Shown: positions 8,188 to 17,195 of the stretch, one piece after another
Layout of the letters: the number at the start of each line of letters is the position of its first letter
Position numbering within the stretch: position 1 is the first letter of the stretch
Virus record (IMG/VR): IMGVR_UViG_3300012942_000093
Coordinates: 1-34,797 of that record
Source: a virus
Taxonomy: Duplodnaviria > Caudoviricetes
Length of the DNA stretch: 34,797 nucleotides
Direction: 5' to 3' (one strand)
Position numbers and translations under genes: made by a program
The notes under the pieces: model-generated
What the model was told of the DNA's origin: nothing
Seen by the model: the letters and a program-made list of their open reading frames with translations, nothing else
The model's database searches: none

Positions 8188-10374
8188 ATTAACCCCCAGC
8201 TCTTTGCGCAACCGCAATCTGACTACAACCTCGACGATCTTGCGAATAAGGATGGTGAGCTTTATCTTCTTCCTGCCGTAAGCCTCGATTTGCCAGATGA
8301 CTACATCATTAAAAACCTACACACAATCATTGAGGACTCTCGCGACTACTACAATGACATCAATCACTTTAACCTCAAGAACAAGCGGTTAAAGAACGCT
8401 CAGATGCTCCAGGGTGCACACCTTGAAGAGAACAAACTGTACCGTCACCAGACACCTTACATTGATAACGAGATATTTGTGGGTATGGATGCTATTCTCG
8501 CCTATGTATGTGCTCAGACTCCTAACGCAGAGGTCTATCCGGCATCAGATAAAGCAGACTCTATGGTACTCGCACGGAATCTAGAGAAATACCTGCACGC
8601 TCACTCTGAGAAGTTTGAGCTACCTCGTAAGCTTGAGGGTGCTGTCTATAATATGGTGGGTAAGTTCGTTGGATTGCTTAAACTTCGATGGGACCCGCTC
8701 TACGGACAGAATGGCGAGATTGTCCCAGAAGTAGTTGACCCTAACCATGTAATTATTGATAAGAACGCCAAGCTAGGTGAGAACCCACGCTTTATCTGTC
8801 ACGTGTTAAAAGACTCAGTTGAGGGGTTATGCGCTAAGTTCCCCGAGAAAGAACAGATAATCCTCGGCCACTTCTCTATCAAGCGCAAAGGCTCACGTAA
8901 CATGAGCGCTGAGGTAGCCTACCGAGAGGTTTGGTTTACCTACTACGATAATGACAACAAACCCCAAGAAGCTGTTGCGTGGTATGTAGACAACATCGTC
9001 CTAGATAAGTCCCCTAATATTAACTGGCTATACGGTGATGAGGGCGAGAACTTCCTCGACGCCCCTATGAAGCCATTTATCCCATTCAACCTTACTAATG
9101 ATGGGTCGCACTGGATTGACCGCACAAACGCATTGGAGCAGGCAATACCCCAGCAGGATATTCTTAATAAGCTGGGCCGCCAGCTACTAGACAACATCGG
9201 TACAGCTAACGGATTTAAGGTTATTGATTCACACGCAATGACTAAGGATGACGCACAGAACTTTACTGGTGACCCTAACCAGCTCCTATTAGTGAAGACA
9301 AAACCAAACCAACGCGTAACTGATGTCGTGGCGCAGCTTAACCCTCAGATGGTATCTGCACAGCTTATCGGTGAAGTAGCGAACGCTAAGCAGGCCGTCC
9401 ACAACATTCTTGGTACACCGTCACAGTTCACTGGCTCAGACGAGAACAAGACTGAAACCGCATCAGAAGCGATGATGATTAAAAACCAGGCCTCAGGCCG
9501 ACAGGATAAGATTGTACGCTCTGTAGACTACGGTATGGGTAAATATTTCCAGTTCCTCGCACAAATGATTACCGTCTGGTACACGGAAAAACATTACGTA
9601 ACAGTTAACGGTGGCGATGGTAGGTTTGATTTTATCGAAATGCACCGTGATAAAATCGAAAAAGGCATGATGGTCAAAGTCCAATCTGGTACCACTCTAC
9701 CATTCGATAAGAGCCGTCAAGAGTCTGTCGCAGTTAACCTCCTTAAGATAGGTGTCATCAGTCCGTACGATGGATATAAACTACTTCATATGGATGACCC
9801 GCAACAGCTTTACGATAACTTTATGAAGTGGAAGTCAGACCCAACCCAACTCGCTATGGACATTGCCACAAATGACGCAAATAGCGATGCAGTGGTAGAC
9901 TGGACGCAGTTAATGAACGGCCAAACGCCTGAGGATAGAGAAGACCCAACCCACGAATATATCGAGCAGATGCGTAAACTCCTTATCTCAGATGAGTTTA
10001 TGAAAGCTAAGCCAAAGATTCAGGGCATCACGATTAAGTTCATCAACAAGGCTATCGACAAGTTCCAACTACAACAGGAACTCCACCAAATGTCTCAAGC
10101 ACCTGAACAAGAGCGCCCGCTACCACCACAAGTCCTCGCCACTGGTGTCCAGCAAGTACAGCCTATGCAACCTCCTATGCCTATGGGTGCTCCGGCGGGA
10201 CAGCCAATGCCGCCTCAAGCCCCACAAATGGGTATGCCTCCTTCTCAATCTCCAATGCAGGCTATTATGCAACAGCCTACTGCAGCGCCAGGAGTTCCAC
10301 CAGTATCAGCTAATGGAGCGCCAGTACAACCTAATGTTAACCTAGGTAACCCAGCACAATTGCCACCAGTTTAA
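8188..10374 (+). CDS. portal protein (P22-like size, Pro/Gln/Met-rich tail)
   Basis: Position after terL and length; start extended to ATT 8188, 7 nt after GAGGAG and in frame with TTG 8290. Confidence 0.85.
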   Translation: MNPQLFAQPQSDYNLDDLANKDGELYLLPAVSLDLPDDYIIKNLHTIIEDSRDYYNDINHFNLKNKRLKNAQMLQGAHLEENKLYRHQTPYIDNEIFVGMDAILAYVCAQTPNAEVYPASDKADSMVLARNLEKYLHAHSEKFELPRKLEGAVYNMVGKFVGLLKLRWDPLYGQNGEIVPEVVDPNHVIIDKNAKLGENPRFICHVLKDSVEGLCAKFPEKEQIILGHFSIKRKGSRNMSAEVAYREVWFTYYDNDNKPQEAVAWYVDNIVLDKSPNINWLYGDEGENFLDAPMKPFIPFNLTNDGSHWIDRTNALEQAIPQQDILNKLGRQLLDNIGTANGFKVIDSHAMTKDDAQNFTGDPNQLLLVKTKPNQRVTDVVAQLNPQMVSAQLIGEVANAKQAVHNILGTPSQFTGSDENKTETASEAMMIKNQASGRQDKIVRSVDYGMGKYFQFLAQMITVWYTEKHYVTVNGGDGRFDFIEMHRDKIEKGMMVKVQSGTTLPFDKSRQESVAVNLLKIGVISPYDGYKLLHMDDPQQLYDNFMKWKSDPTQLAMDIATNDANSDAVVDWTQLMNGQTPEDREDPTHEYIEQMRKLLISDEFMKAKPKIQGITIKFINKAIDKFQLQQELHQMSQAPEQERPLPPQVLATGVQQVQPMQPPMPMGAPAGQPMPPQAPQMGMPPSQSPMQAIMQQPTAAPGVPPVSANGAPVQPNVNLGNPAQLPPV

Positions 10375-10389
10375 TAAGAAAGGAATCAA

Positions 10390-11331
10390 ATGGAAGAAGA
10401 AGTAAAGCCGATCGAAGAGGCCAAACCTGTAGAAGAAGAAAAAGGGTTTAAACTTAATCCAAACCGCCCTCTAAAGAACCAAGTTGATGCGCTTCTTAAA
10501 TCTCTACCAGAGGAGAAGACGGAAGAAACCGAAGAGGAGCCTAAAAAGGTAGAGGAAAAACCTGATACAGTCGAAGAAGTACCCGAAGAGATTGAACTAG
10601 AAGACCTCCCAGAAGAAACAAAGCTCGAACCGCTACCTGACTGGCAGAAGTACGTTCTAGACAACCTCCCTAGCATTCAAGTTATGGGCCATCAGGGTGA
10701 AGAGGGTAAGGATAAAGTATTCACTGTTAAGCGTCTTGAAGACTTACCAGACGACTTTGAATTTGCAAGCAAACGCGCGGAGCTAGCATTTAACTCGGCT
10801 ATCGCTTCACAAGAAGTGAACGCACGCGACCTATTATCTGAATACCGTGGTAAAGAGTCTCAGAGGGCACAAGCAGAGTTTGAGGCACTAGAAGCTGTAG
10901 ACATCCAGAATGATGTTAAGAGCCTCCAAAAAGCTGGTATTCTCCCTAAGTTTAAATATGAAGTGAACGACCCACGCTTTAATGAAGACCCTGCTGTTGA
11001 TGAATCAAACAAGATTTATGACTTCTATAAGAAAATCAACGACGATTACTTTAATAAGTACAATGGGTCAGGCCGTATGTACCGTGTATCGTATGAAGAT
11101 GCTGCTTACCGATACTACGCTCTTCATCCTAAAGAGGCTTCTAAGGAAGTAAAAGAAGCCATCAAAAAGGAAGAAGCTAAGCCTAAGAGTGAGAACCAAG
11201 AGAATCGCGAAAAGGTAGCCTCTAAGGTGAGTGCCCCACAAGGTGCCACACCTGAGGGTAAGTCTCGTCCATTGCCTCCTGGTACTGACTTGAACAGGGT
11301 TTATCAACTATATAAGATGGGAAGAATTTAA
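10390..11331 (+). CDS. capsid scaffolding protein (putative)
   Basis: Acidic, low-complexity, between portal and capsid. Confidence 0.7.
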   Translation: MEEEVKPIEEAKPVEEEKGFKLNPNRPLKNQVDALLKSLPEEKTEETEEEPKKVEEKPDTVEEVPEEIELEDLPEETKLEPLPDWQKYVLDNLPSIQVMGHQGEEGKDKVFTVKRLEDLPDDFEFASKRAELAFNSAIASQEVNARDLLSEYRGKESQRAQAEFEALEAVDIQNDVKSLQKAGILPKFKYEVNDPRFNEDPAVDESNKIYDFYKKINDDYFNKYNGSGRMYRVSYEDAAYRYYALHPKEASKEVKEAIKKEEAKPKSENQENREKVASKVSAPQGATPEGKSRPLPPGTDLNRVYQLYKMGRI

Positions 11332-11498
11332 TGGAAAACTACATCACACTACTAATCGCTACTTTGGAGCATTTAGAGCTCGTTACGGCTAAGGAAGCCG
11401 AGAAACTCAATAAGGAGCTACGCAATACTACACTACCTGCTTCATATAGGGAAACTAAAGACCTTGTCGAGAAAGTATTTGAAAAGGTTAAACTATAA
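11331..11498 (+). CDS. small hypothetical protein (55 aa, MENYITLL...)
   Basis: Not in the track; TAATG coupling. Confidence 0.65.
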   Translation: MENYITLLIATLEHLELVTAKEAEKLNKELRNTTLPASYRETKDLVEKVFEKVKL

Positions 11499-11503
11499 TA
11501 TAG

Positions 11504-11574
11504 TTGACGCAACTACCTCTCGATGTATAATGAGGGTATAAAGGTAAGAGAGCCGCAGGGCTCTCTTATTTTTT
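11504..11574 (+). promoter_or_regulatory. late leader copy 2
   Basis: TTGACG-16-TATAAT-N6-ATAAAGG; TAAGAGAGCC-gcag-GGCTCTCTTA-TTTTTT. Confidence 0.9.
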
Positions 11575-11607
11575 GTACTAAACTTAAGGAGCAATAAGGA
11601 ACAAAAT

Positions 11608-12696
11608 ATGGCTGGACAAATTTTCACCAACCGTGTGACTGATATTACTTATCAGTACATTTTGCCCGCGCTTGTAGACCAGGTGTCTAACTCCAACGTC
11701 TTCACAAGCAAAATTTTGTCAGAAACGTGTGACTGGGAGGGTGTTAGCTATAACGTTCCTATCCAGACAGCTTTCAGTACAACGGGCGGCTCATTTAACG
11801 GCATGGATACATTCTCTACTGCCGCAACAAACAACACTCGTCAGATGACGTTCTACTTGACTGGTCAATACCAATCAATCGTTATCCCTGGCATCGAAGC
11901 AGCAGTAAACGGTAACACTGAGTCTCAGGTCATTAAGTTGCTTACTGCTAAGATGGACGAAGCAAAAATCTCAATGGCTGACGCTATCGGTACCGAGCTT
12001 TACGGCTTTGGTCTTGGTAAAGCCTTTGACGGTCTCGGCAACGTAGTAGACAACGGTACAAACGCACCAACATACGGTGGTCTGAGCCGCACTACCTACC
12101 CGTTCCTTGACGCTGACGTTACAGCTGTAGCAAACGGTACAATCACACTTAGCTACCTATCAAGCGAATTTGATAACGTGAGCGCAGCAAGCTCTACCTC
12201 AGAGTCTCCAGACTACGGTCTCACAACCAAAGCTATCTGGACATACGTTGAGGGTCTTATCCAACCAATGCTTAGCGCTCGATATGAGAGCACAAGCATC
12301 CGTGGCTACAACCGCGTAGATGGAAAGACTCCACGCAGCACTGGCCCTAACACTGGTGCAGAACTAAGTGGTGCAGGTGGCTTCATCTCTATCACTTGGC
12401 GCGGTCGCGATATGTTCGCAGACGACAAAGCAACAGGTGGTACGTTCTTCTGGATTAACCAGAAGTACCTCGACTTCGCTGTACAGAAGAGTCCTGAACT
12501 TCGGGACATCGGCTCTACAGTTGAGAGTATGCAAGGTTTCTACGAAGATGTTCCGTTCCCATCAGCATTCCAATTCCGCGACATGATGAGCTCAATCAAC
12601 CAGCTCGGTCAGGTAGGTGTTGTGATTCTATTGGGCAACCTTATCTGCCGCCAGCCACGCCGTAACGGTAAACTAACTGGTATTACAGGAAACTAA
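11608..12696 (+). CDS. major capsid protein
   Basis: 362 aa after the scaffold, own promoter and strong SD; C-terminal GNLICRQPRRNGKLTGIT fits a capsid-protein ending. Confidence 0.85.
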   Translation: MAGQIFTNRVTDITYQYILPALVDQVSNSNVFTSKILSETCDWEGVSYNVPIQTAFSTTGGSFNGMDTFSTAATNNTRQMTFYLTGQYQSIVIPGIEAAVNGNTESQVIKLLTAKMDEAKISMADAIGTELYGFGLGKAFDGLGNVVDNGTNAPTYGGLSRTTYPFLDADVTAVANGTITLSYLSSEFDNVSAASSTSESPDYGLTTKAIWTYVEGLIQPMLSARYESTSIRGYNRVDGKTPRSTGPNTGAELSGAGGFISITWRGRDMFADDKATGGTFFWINQKYLDFAVQKSPELRDIGSTVESMQGFYEDVPFPSAFQFRDMMSSINQLGQVGVVILLGNLICRQPRRNGKLTGITGN

Positions 12697-12706
12697 GGAG
12701 AAATAT

Positions 12707-13459
12707 ATGCAAACAGGACCTCGCTATCTCACTAGCTCCGACCTCAACACGTTCAGCACAACCAAGCAAGACCAGCTTGGTGCAGAAGGTGTCACGGAAG
12801 ACGGAAGTAAGTTCCGTTACGTAAAGTTTGGTGGTACTTCAACCATCAAGGCTGGTCTACTTATGGTCGGTCCAGCTGCACCTGCAAACTCTACCGCACT
12901 AGCTATCACAGCAGTCGGCACAGGCGGTCAGACGACAGCTAACCTACAGGCAGGCTCACGCCAGCTCGTAGTAACAAATGGTGCCACCTCAGTAACGCAA
13001 GACCAGTTCCAGGAAGTTGTTATCAACTCTGCTGCCGATGGTTACTACAGCCTACGCGTAGAAGGTAACACCGCTGCTGGTAACGGCGGCTATGTAACTC
13101 TCTTACTCGCTGACCCAATCCCACAGGGTGCCACGCAACTTATCCCTGGTACTGACACGGTAGACCTCGTACTTTCAAAGTACAATGGTGTCGCACCTTC
13201 AACGACTGGTAACGCACCCGTTGGTGTTACGATTAACGCGGTACCTAACAGCTCAACAGTAACTAACTACGGTTGGGTACAGAGTAGTGGTCTCGCCAAG
13301 GTATCTGCCACGACTGCAACTATCGGTCTCGGTGTAGCGCAAGACCAGGCTGGTACAGCTGGTTATGTGATTATCTCAGCTGCGACAACCGGTAACCTAG
13401 ATTGGGCTAAGACTTCGGCAGCATCAAGCGCCGCTCTCGTAGACCTCAACATTAACTAG
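12707..13459 (+). CDS. capsid decoration/cement protein (putative)
   Basis: Follows the capsid gene; FRYVK and YGWVQ motifs; Ala/Gly/Thr rich. Confidence 0.6.
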   Translation: MQTGPRYLTSSDLNTFSTTKQDQLGAEGVTEDGSKFRYVKFGGTSTIKAGLLMVGPAAPANSTALAITAVGTGGQTTANLQAGSRQLVVTNGATSVTQDQFQEVVINSAADGYYSLRVEGNTAAGNGGYVTLLLADPIPQGATQLIPGTDTVDLVLSKYNGVAPSTTGNAPVGVTINAVPNSSTVTNYGWVQSSGLAKVSATTATIGLGVAQDQAGTAGYVIISAATTGNLDWAKTSAASSAALVDLNIN

Positions 13460-13467
13460 GAGATTCT

Positions 13468-13743
13468 ATGTCTACACAAGATTTAGGACAATACAATGCG
13501 GCAGTTCGACAGAATGGTGTACGACTCGGTGCAAATGAACCACTCGTGGTATCGGGCTCAACGACACTCCCAAGCGGGACACTCGTTGGTACAGCTGGTA
13601 TCTACAGCGGCGCAGGTGCTCCATCACTGAGTGCTCCGAAAGGCTCACTCTACACGAACACCACTGCATCGACTGCATCTACCCGAGTGTATGTAAATAC
13701 TGACGGTAGTACGACCTGGGCAAGCTTCACAGCTTCGGCCTAG
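13468..13743 (+). CDS. small virion protein
   Basis: AGGAG SD; GAP...GSLY...YVN...W module shared with 19527-20369. Confidence 0.7.
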   Translation: MSTQDLGQYNAAVRQNGVRLGANEPLVVSGSTTLPSGTLVGTAGIYSGAGAPSLSAPKGSLYTNTTASTASTRVYVNTDGSTTWASFTASA

Positions 13744-13761
13744 TAAAACAAACAAAAGTCT

Positions 13762-13790
13762 TAGCCTCAGAAATGGGGCTATTTCTTTTT
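13762..13790 (+). terminator. intrinsic terminator of the capsid operon
   Basis: TAGCCTC-agaaat-GGGGCTA-TTTCTTTTT. Confidence 0.8.
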
Positions 13791-13819
13791 CAATCAACCT
13801 ATGATAATATGCAGACAAT

Positions 13820-13999
13820 ATGGAACTCAAGCAACTCAACGATAAGAAGTCAGAGCTTGAAACTGCTTTTAATTCTCTAGAATCTGAGAAGCAGCAATTA
13901 AATAAACGTCTCAACGAAATCGCAACCGAGCAGGTTAAAACGCAGGGTGCGCATTCTTTAGTGGAAGAACTTATTAAAGACTTTAAGGAGAAGAAATAA
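13820..13999 (+). CDS. small coiled-coil protein (59 aa, MELKQLND...)
   Basis: Not in the track; TGaTATAAT at 13802-13810 lies 9 nt upstream; TAATG coupling. Confidence 0.7.
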   Translation: MELKQLNDKKSELETAFNSLESEKQQLNKRLNEIATEQVKTQGAHSLVEELIKDFKEKK

Positions 14000-14520
14000 T
14001 GGACAACGATTACTACGGTGCACCATCAAATACAGAGGTAAAACCAATTCGTGAACGCCTACGCGGCATGTACGAACCAGAAGACTTTGTAACCGTTATC
14101 AATGGCGACACTCACCCATTAACGTATCAGTTCGCGGCCCCTCAAGACCAAGAAACATACTCAGACTACCCAGGCCATAAGAATACTTTAATGAAGCGTC
14201 CACCACAGCGCATCACTCTCCAGCCTGGCGATACTAAGCTTGTCCCAGCATACGAAGCAGACCTTATGATTGAGGCAGGTATTAAGCAAATGGCTATGAG
14301 TAAACTACAGGAACGGGTTGACGGTGGGCTTGTTGATGCACGCCAGGCTTCAACTGACTGGACAGACCCATATTTCCAGGTGGAAGCTATTAAGAAGTTC
14401 TACGTAGGGAAAAAAGATATTCTCGCCGCTTACAACACTCAGCCAGTAGCTGATGTAGCAAAGGATTTAGAACTTGATGAGCCAAAGCGACCAATCGGCC
14501 GACCTCGCAAAGAAGTCTAG
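13999..14520 (+). CDS. hypothetical protein with C-terminal AT-hook-like motif
   Basis: Ends PKRPIGRPRKEV. Confidence 0.75.
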   Translation: MDNDYYGAPSNTEVKPIRERLRGMYEPEDFVTVINGDTHPLTYQFAAPQDQETYSDYPGHKNTLMKRPPQRITLQPGDTKLVPAYEADLMIEAGIKQMAMSKLQERVDGGLVDARQASTDWTDPYFQVEAIKKFYVGKKDILAAYNTQPVADVAKDLELDEPKRPIGRPRKEV

Positions 14521-15343
14521 AGAACTCGAAGAAAAGGAACGGGTACTTAATGCTCGTGAGAATATCTTAGAGCGCGAAAAAGCCATACAACAACGCCAAA
14601 AGGTGTTTGATGATGCTGAAACAAAACTCGAAGTACTCCGTAAACAAATCACTGCCCAGGAGGAGATTCTAGAGTCGCGTAAGATGGAGATAGAGAAATT
14701 TACGGATGATGCCAAAGAGAAACTCGATTCTTTCAAAGCTCAAGAATCCGTTGCTAGGCAAGCCACTAAAGCACAGGAAAATAAGCTATCTGACTTAAAG
14801 CGTAAAGAAGCTTTACTCGGTGCCTCTATTAAATCTAGAAACTCAGAACTATCCGACCTCAAAGCCCAGATTAAAGAGACAAAAAGTTATCGAGAAGAAC
14901 AAGAAAAGCTCTCAGAAACCACCATTAGTGAGTGGAATGTCACTTTACAGGAGTTTCGTAAAGAGGCAGATAACATTCAGCTTGATAAGAATAAACTCTC
15001 CGCAGATATTATCCGCCTTGAGCAAGAGAAGATAACCCTTTCGGAGGCCATTGCCCTTACTGAGGCCAAGTTTAACAACCTTGATGCTGGATATACCCAG
15101 AAAGTAGAGGAGTATAAAGACAAACTCCGCGAGTGGGACACTAAGGTTAATGAAAAACGCAATGAGTTTGATAGTCTCGTCTCCTCTATTGATATGAAGA
15201 AGCTAGAAATATCTACGCGCGAAAAGTCGGTGAGGCTTAAAGAGAATGACCTTAACCGTCGTTCTCTTGAGCTAGACCAGAAAGACCGGCGTCTTAGGGG
15301 TGCGTACGGTATGGCTGGAATTGGTTACGAGAATGACGTATAA
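14477..15343 (+). CDS. long coiled-coil protein
   Basis: E/K/L/R heptad-rich throughout. Confidence 0.75.
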   Translation: MSQSDQSADLAKKSRELEEKERVLNARENILEREKAIQQRQKVFDDAETKLEVLRKQITAQEEILESRKMEIEKFTDDAKEKLDSFKAQESVARQATKAQENKLSDLKRKEALLGASIKSRNSELSDLKAQIKETKSYREEQEKLSETTISEWNVTLQEFRKEADNIQLDKNKLSADIIRLEQEKITLSEAIALTEAKFNNLDAGYTQKVEEYKDKLREWDTKVNEKRNEFDSLVSSIDMKKLEISTREKSVRLKENDLNRRSLELDQKDRRLRGAYGMAGIGYENDV

Positions 15344-15383
15344 TACCCTCATAAGGTAAGAGCCGTCAGGGGCTCTTTTTATT
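15339..15383 (+). promoter_or_regulatory. late leader copy 3
   Basis: TATAAT-N6-ATAAGG-T; AAGAGCC-gtcagg-GGCTCTT-TTTATT. Confidence 0.88.
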
Positions 15384-15395
15384 AGGAGAATTGTC

Positions 15396-16010
15396 ATAGC
15401 TAACTGGACTAACGCGCCACAACCATTCGGACCTAATCACGCTCCACTCCTCGAGGGACTCTCTTCTGTTGATGGCGACACCCCCGTACCTGTAGCCGTT
15501 AACCCAGTAGATGGTTCGATACTAGTCTCTGCCGTTAGCGGAGGGAACACCCAGTATACAGAGGGTGCGACCACCTCTCCAGCTATAGGAACCGTAGCAT
15601 TAGGAAGGTATCTTGCTGCCCCTCCAGGAACTCTAGCGGATGGAGCCCTATCCGCTCCTCTCATGGATAATTATGGCCAGCTGAAAGTCGTTCCTGTAGG
15701 AACGGTTACGGTCTCAGGAAGTGTCGCCATATCATCCTCTGTTGGTACAGCCAACTTCGCCACAGGACAGGTCGCACTCGCAAGCACTGCCACTCAGATT
15801 GTTGCCAGTAGGGCGACTCGGCGCTCAGTAACTATAGTTAACCTAAGTACCACTGACATGTACATAGGCGCTTCAGGCGTCACCACAAGTACAGGACAGT
15901 TACTCCTCGGTGTTAAGGGAGCAGCTATTACTATGGAGGTTGTAGGGGCTGTATATGGAATTGTTGCAACTGGCACTCCATCAGTGAGCTTTGAAGAGGA
16001 ATATGCATAA
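15396..16010 (+). CDS. virion structural protein with probable ATA start
   Basis: AGGAG-7 nt-ATA GCT AAC TGG; 89 open codons in frame with ATG 15663. Confidence 0.7.
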   Translation: MANWTNAPQPFGPNHAPLLEGLSSVDGDTPVPVAVNPVDGSILVSAVSGGNTQYTEGATTSPAIGTVALGRYLAAPPGTLADGALSAPLMDNYGQLKVVPVGTVTVSGSVAISSSVGTANFATGQVALASTATQIVASRATRRSVTIVNLSTTDMYIGASGVTTSTGQLLLGVKGAAITMEVVGAVYGIVATGTPSVSFEEEYA

Positions 16011-17194
16011 TGGCAGGTGGAAGGCTTGATTATCCACCTGGAGGAAGTGGTGGACCATCTCCTCTCACAACAAAAGGTGACCTCTACACTTACTCCACAG
16101 CAGATACTCGGCTACCTGTAGGCACGGATGGGCAAGTACTTAGCGCGGATTCTGCGCAAACAACAGGATTGAAATGGATTGCCGCCGGAGGCACTGGTAC
16201 AGTTACTTCTGTAGCAGTCAGCGGGAGCAATGGTATAGGAATATCAGGTTCTCCTATTACTACAACTGGAACCATCACACTTTCTCTTGGGGCAATCACA
16301 CCTACCTCTGTAAACTCTGTGGTTATATCTGGTGCATCAACCCCTACCTTAGCAGTTACAGGCACTTCGAGTATCTCGGGCTCTAACACTGGTGACCAAA
16401 CTATTACATTAACTGGAGACGTGACGGGAAGCGGTACGGGGAGCTTCGCAACCACACTCGCTACGGTGAACTCGAACGTGGGCTCATTCACGAATGCTAG
16501 TATAACTGTTGATGGTAAGGGTCGTATCACAGCTGCATCAAGCGGTACAGTTCCAGTAACATCTGTAGCGGGTACTACAAACCGTATTACAGTAACGGGC
16601 ACTACATCAGCCGTGGTAGATATAGCTGCTACCTACATTGGACAGACCTCTATAACTACTCTGGGTACTGTCGCTACAGGAACTTGGAGTGCCACTACTA
16701 TAGCCGTGAATAAAGGGGGAACAGGCCAGACTACCTATACCGATGGTCAGTTACTCATTGGTAATACAACAGGTAATACGCTTACTAAGGCTACTCTCAC
16801 AGCAGGTACAGGAATTAGCGTTACTAACGGCAGCGGTTCAATATCTATTGCAGCTACAGGTTCAAGTATAACGTGGAATAACGTTACGGGTACTTCACAG
16901 GCAGCCTCAGTTAATAATGGGTACATTGCTAATAATGCAGGGCTTGTAACTATCACAATGCCTTCCACCGCTTCTATAGGACAGATTGTAGAGGTTGCGG
17001 GGGCAGGTGCTGGTGGGTGGAGAATTGCACAGAATGCGAGCCAGGTAATAAATTTCGGAGTACTAGCGACTACTTCAGGCACAGGCGGCCGACTTGATAG
17101 CGTAAATAGGTACGATTCTGTACGTCTCATCTGCATTACAGCTAACACTACATGGTCAGTAATAAGTTCTCAAGGAAACATTACGGTTACCTAA
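16010..17194 (+). CDS. fibre protein
   Basis: Thr/Gly/Ser rich; TTKGDL, GQVL, GTVTSV and ITVDGKGRITAA fibre-type motifs. Confidence 0.8.
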   Translation: MAGGRLDYPPGGSGGPSPLTTKGDLYTYSTADTRLPVGTDGQVLSADSAQTTGLKWIAAGGTGTVTSVAVSGSNGIGISGSPITTTGTITLSLGAITPTSVNSVVISGASTPTLAVTGTSSISGSNTGDQTITLTGDVTGSGTGSFATTLATVNSNVGSFTNASITVDGKGRITAASSGTVPVTSVAGTTNRITVTGTTSAVVDIAATYIGQTSITTLGTVATGTWSATTIAVNKGGTGQTTYTDGQLLIGNTTGNTLTKATLTAGTGISVTNGSGSISIAATGSSITWNNVTGTSQAASVNNGYIANNAGLVTITMPSTASIGQIVEVAGAGAGGWRIAQNASQVINFGVLATTSGTGGRLDSVNRYDSVRLICITANTTWSVISSQGNITVT

Positions 17195-17195
17195 T

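Noticed and set aside
13762-13790. TAGCC hairpin as another leader copy
   Set aside because: No upstream -10 or ATAAGG; fits an ordinary terminator
14477-15343. Tape measure or SMC ATPase
   Set aside because: Short plain coiled coil with no Walker motifs or tail-tube context
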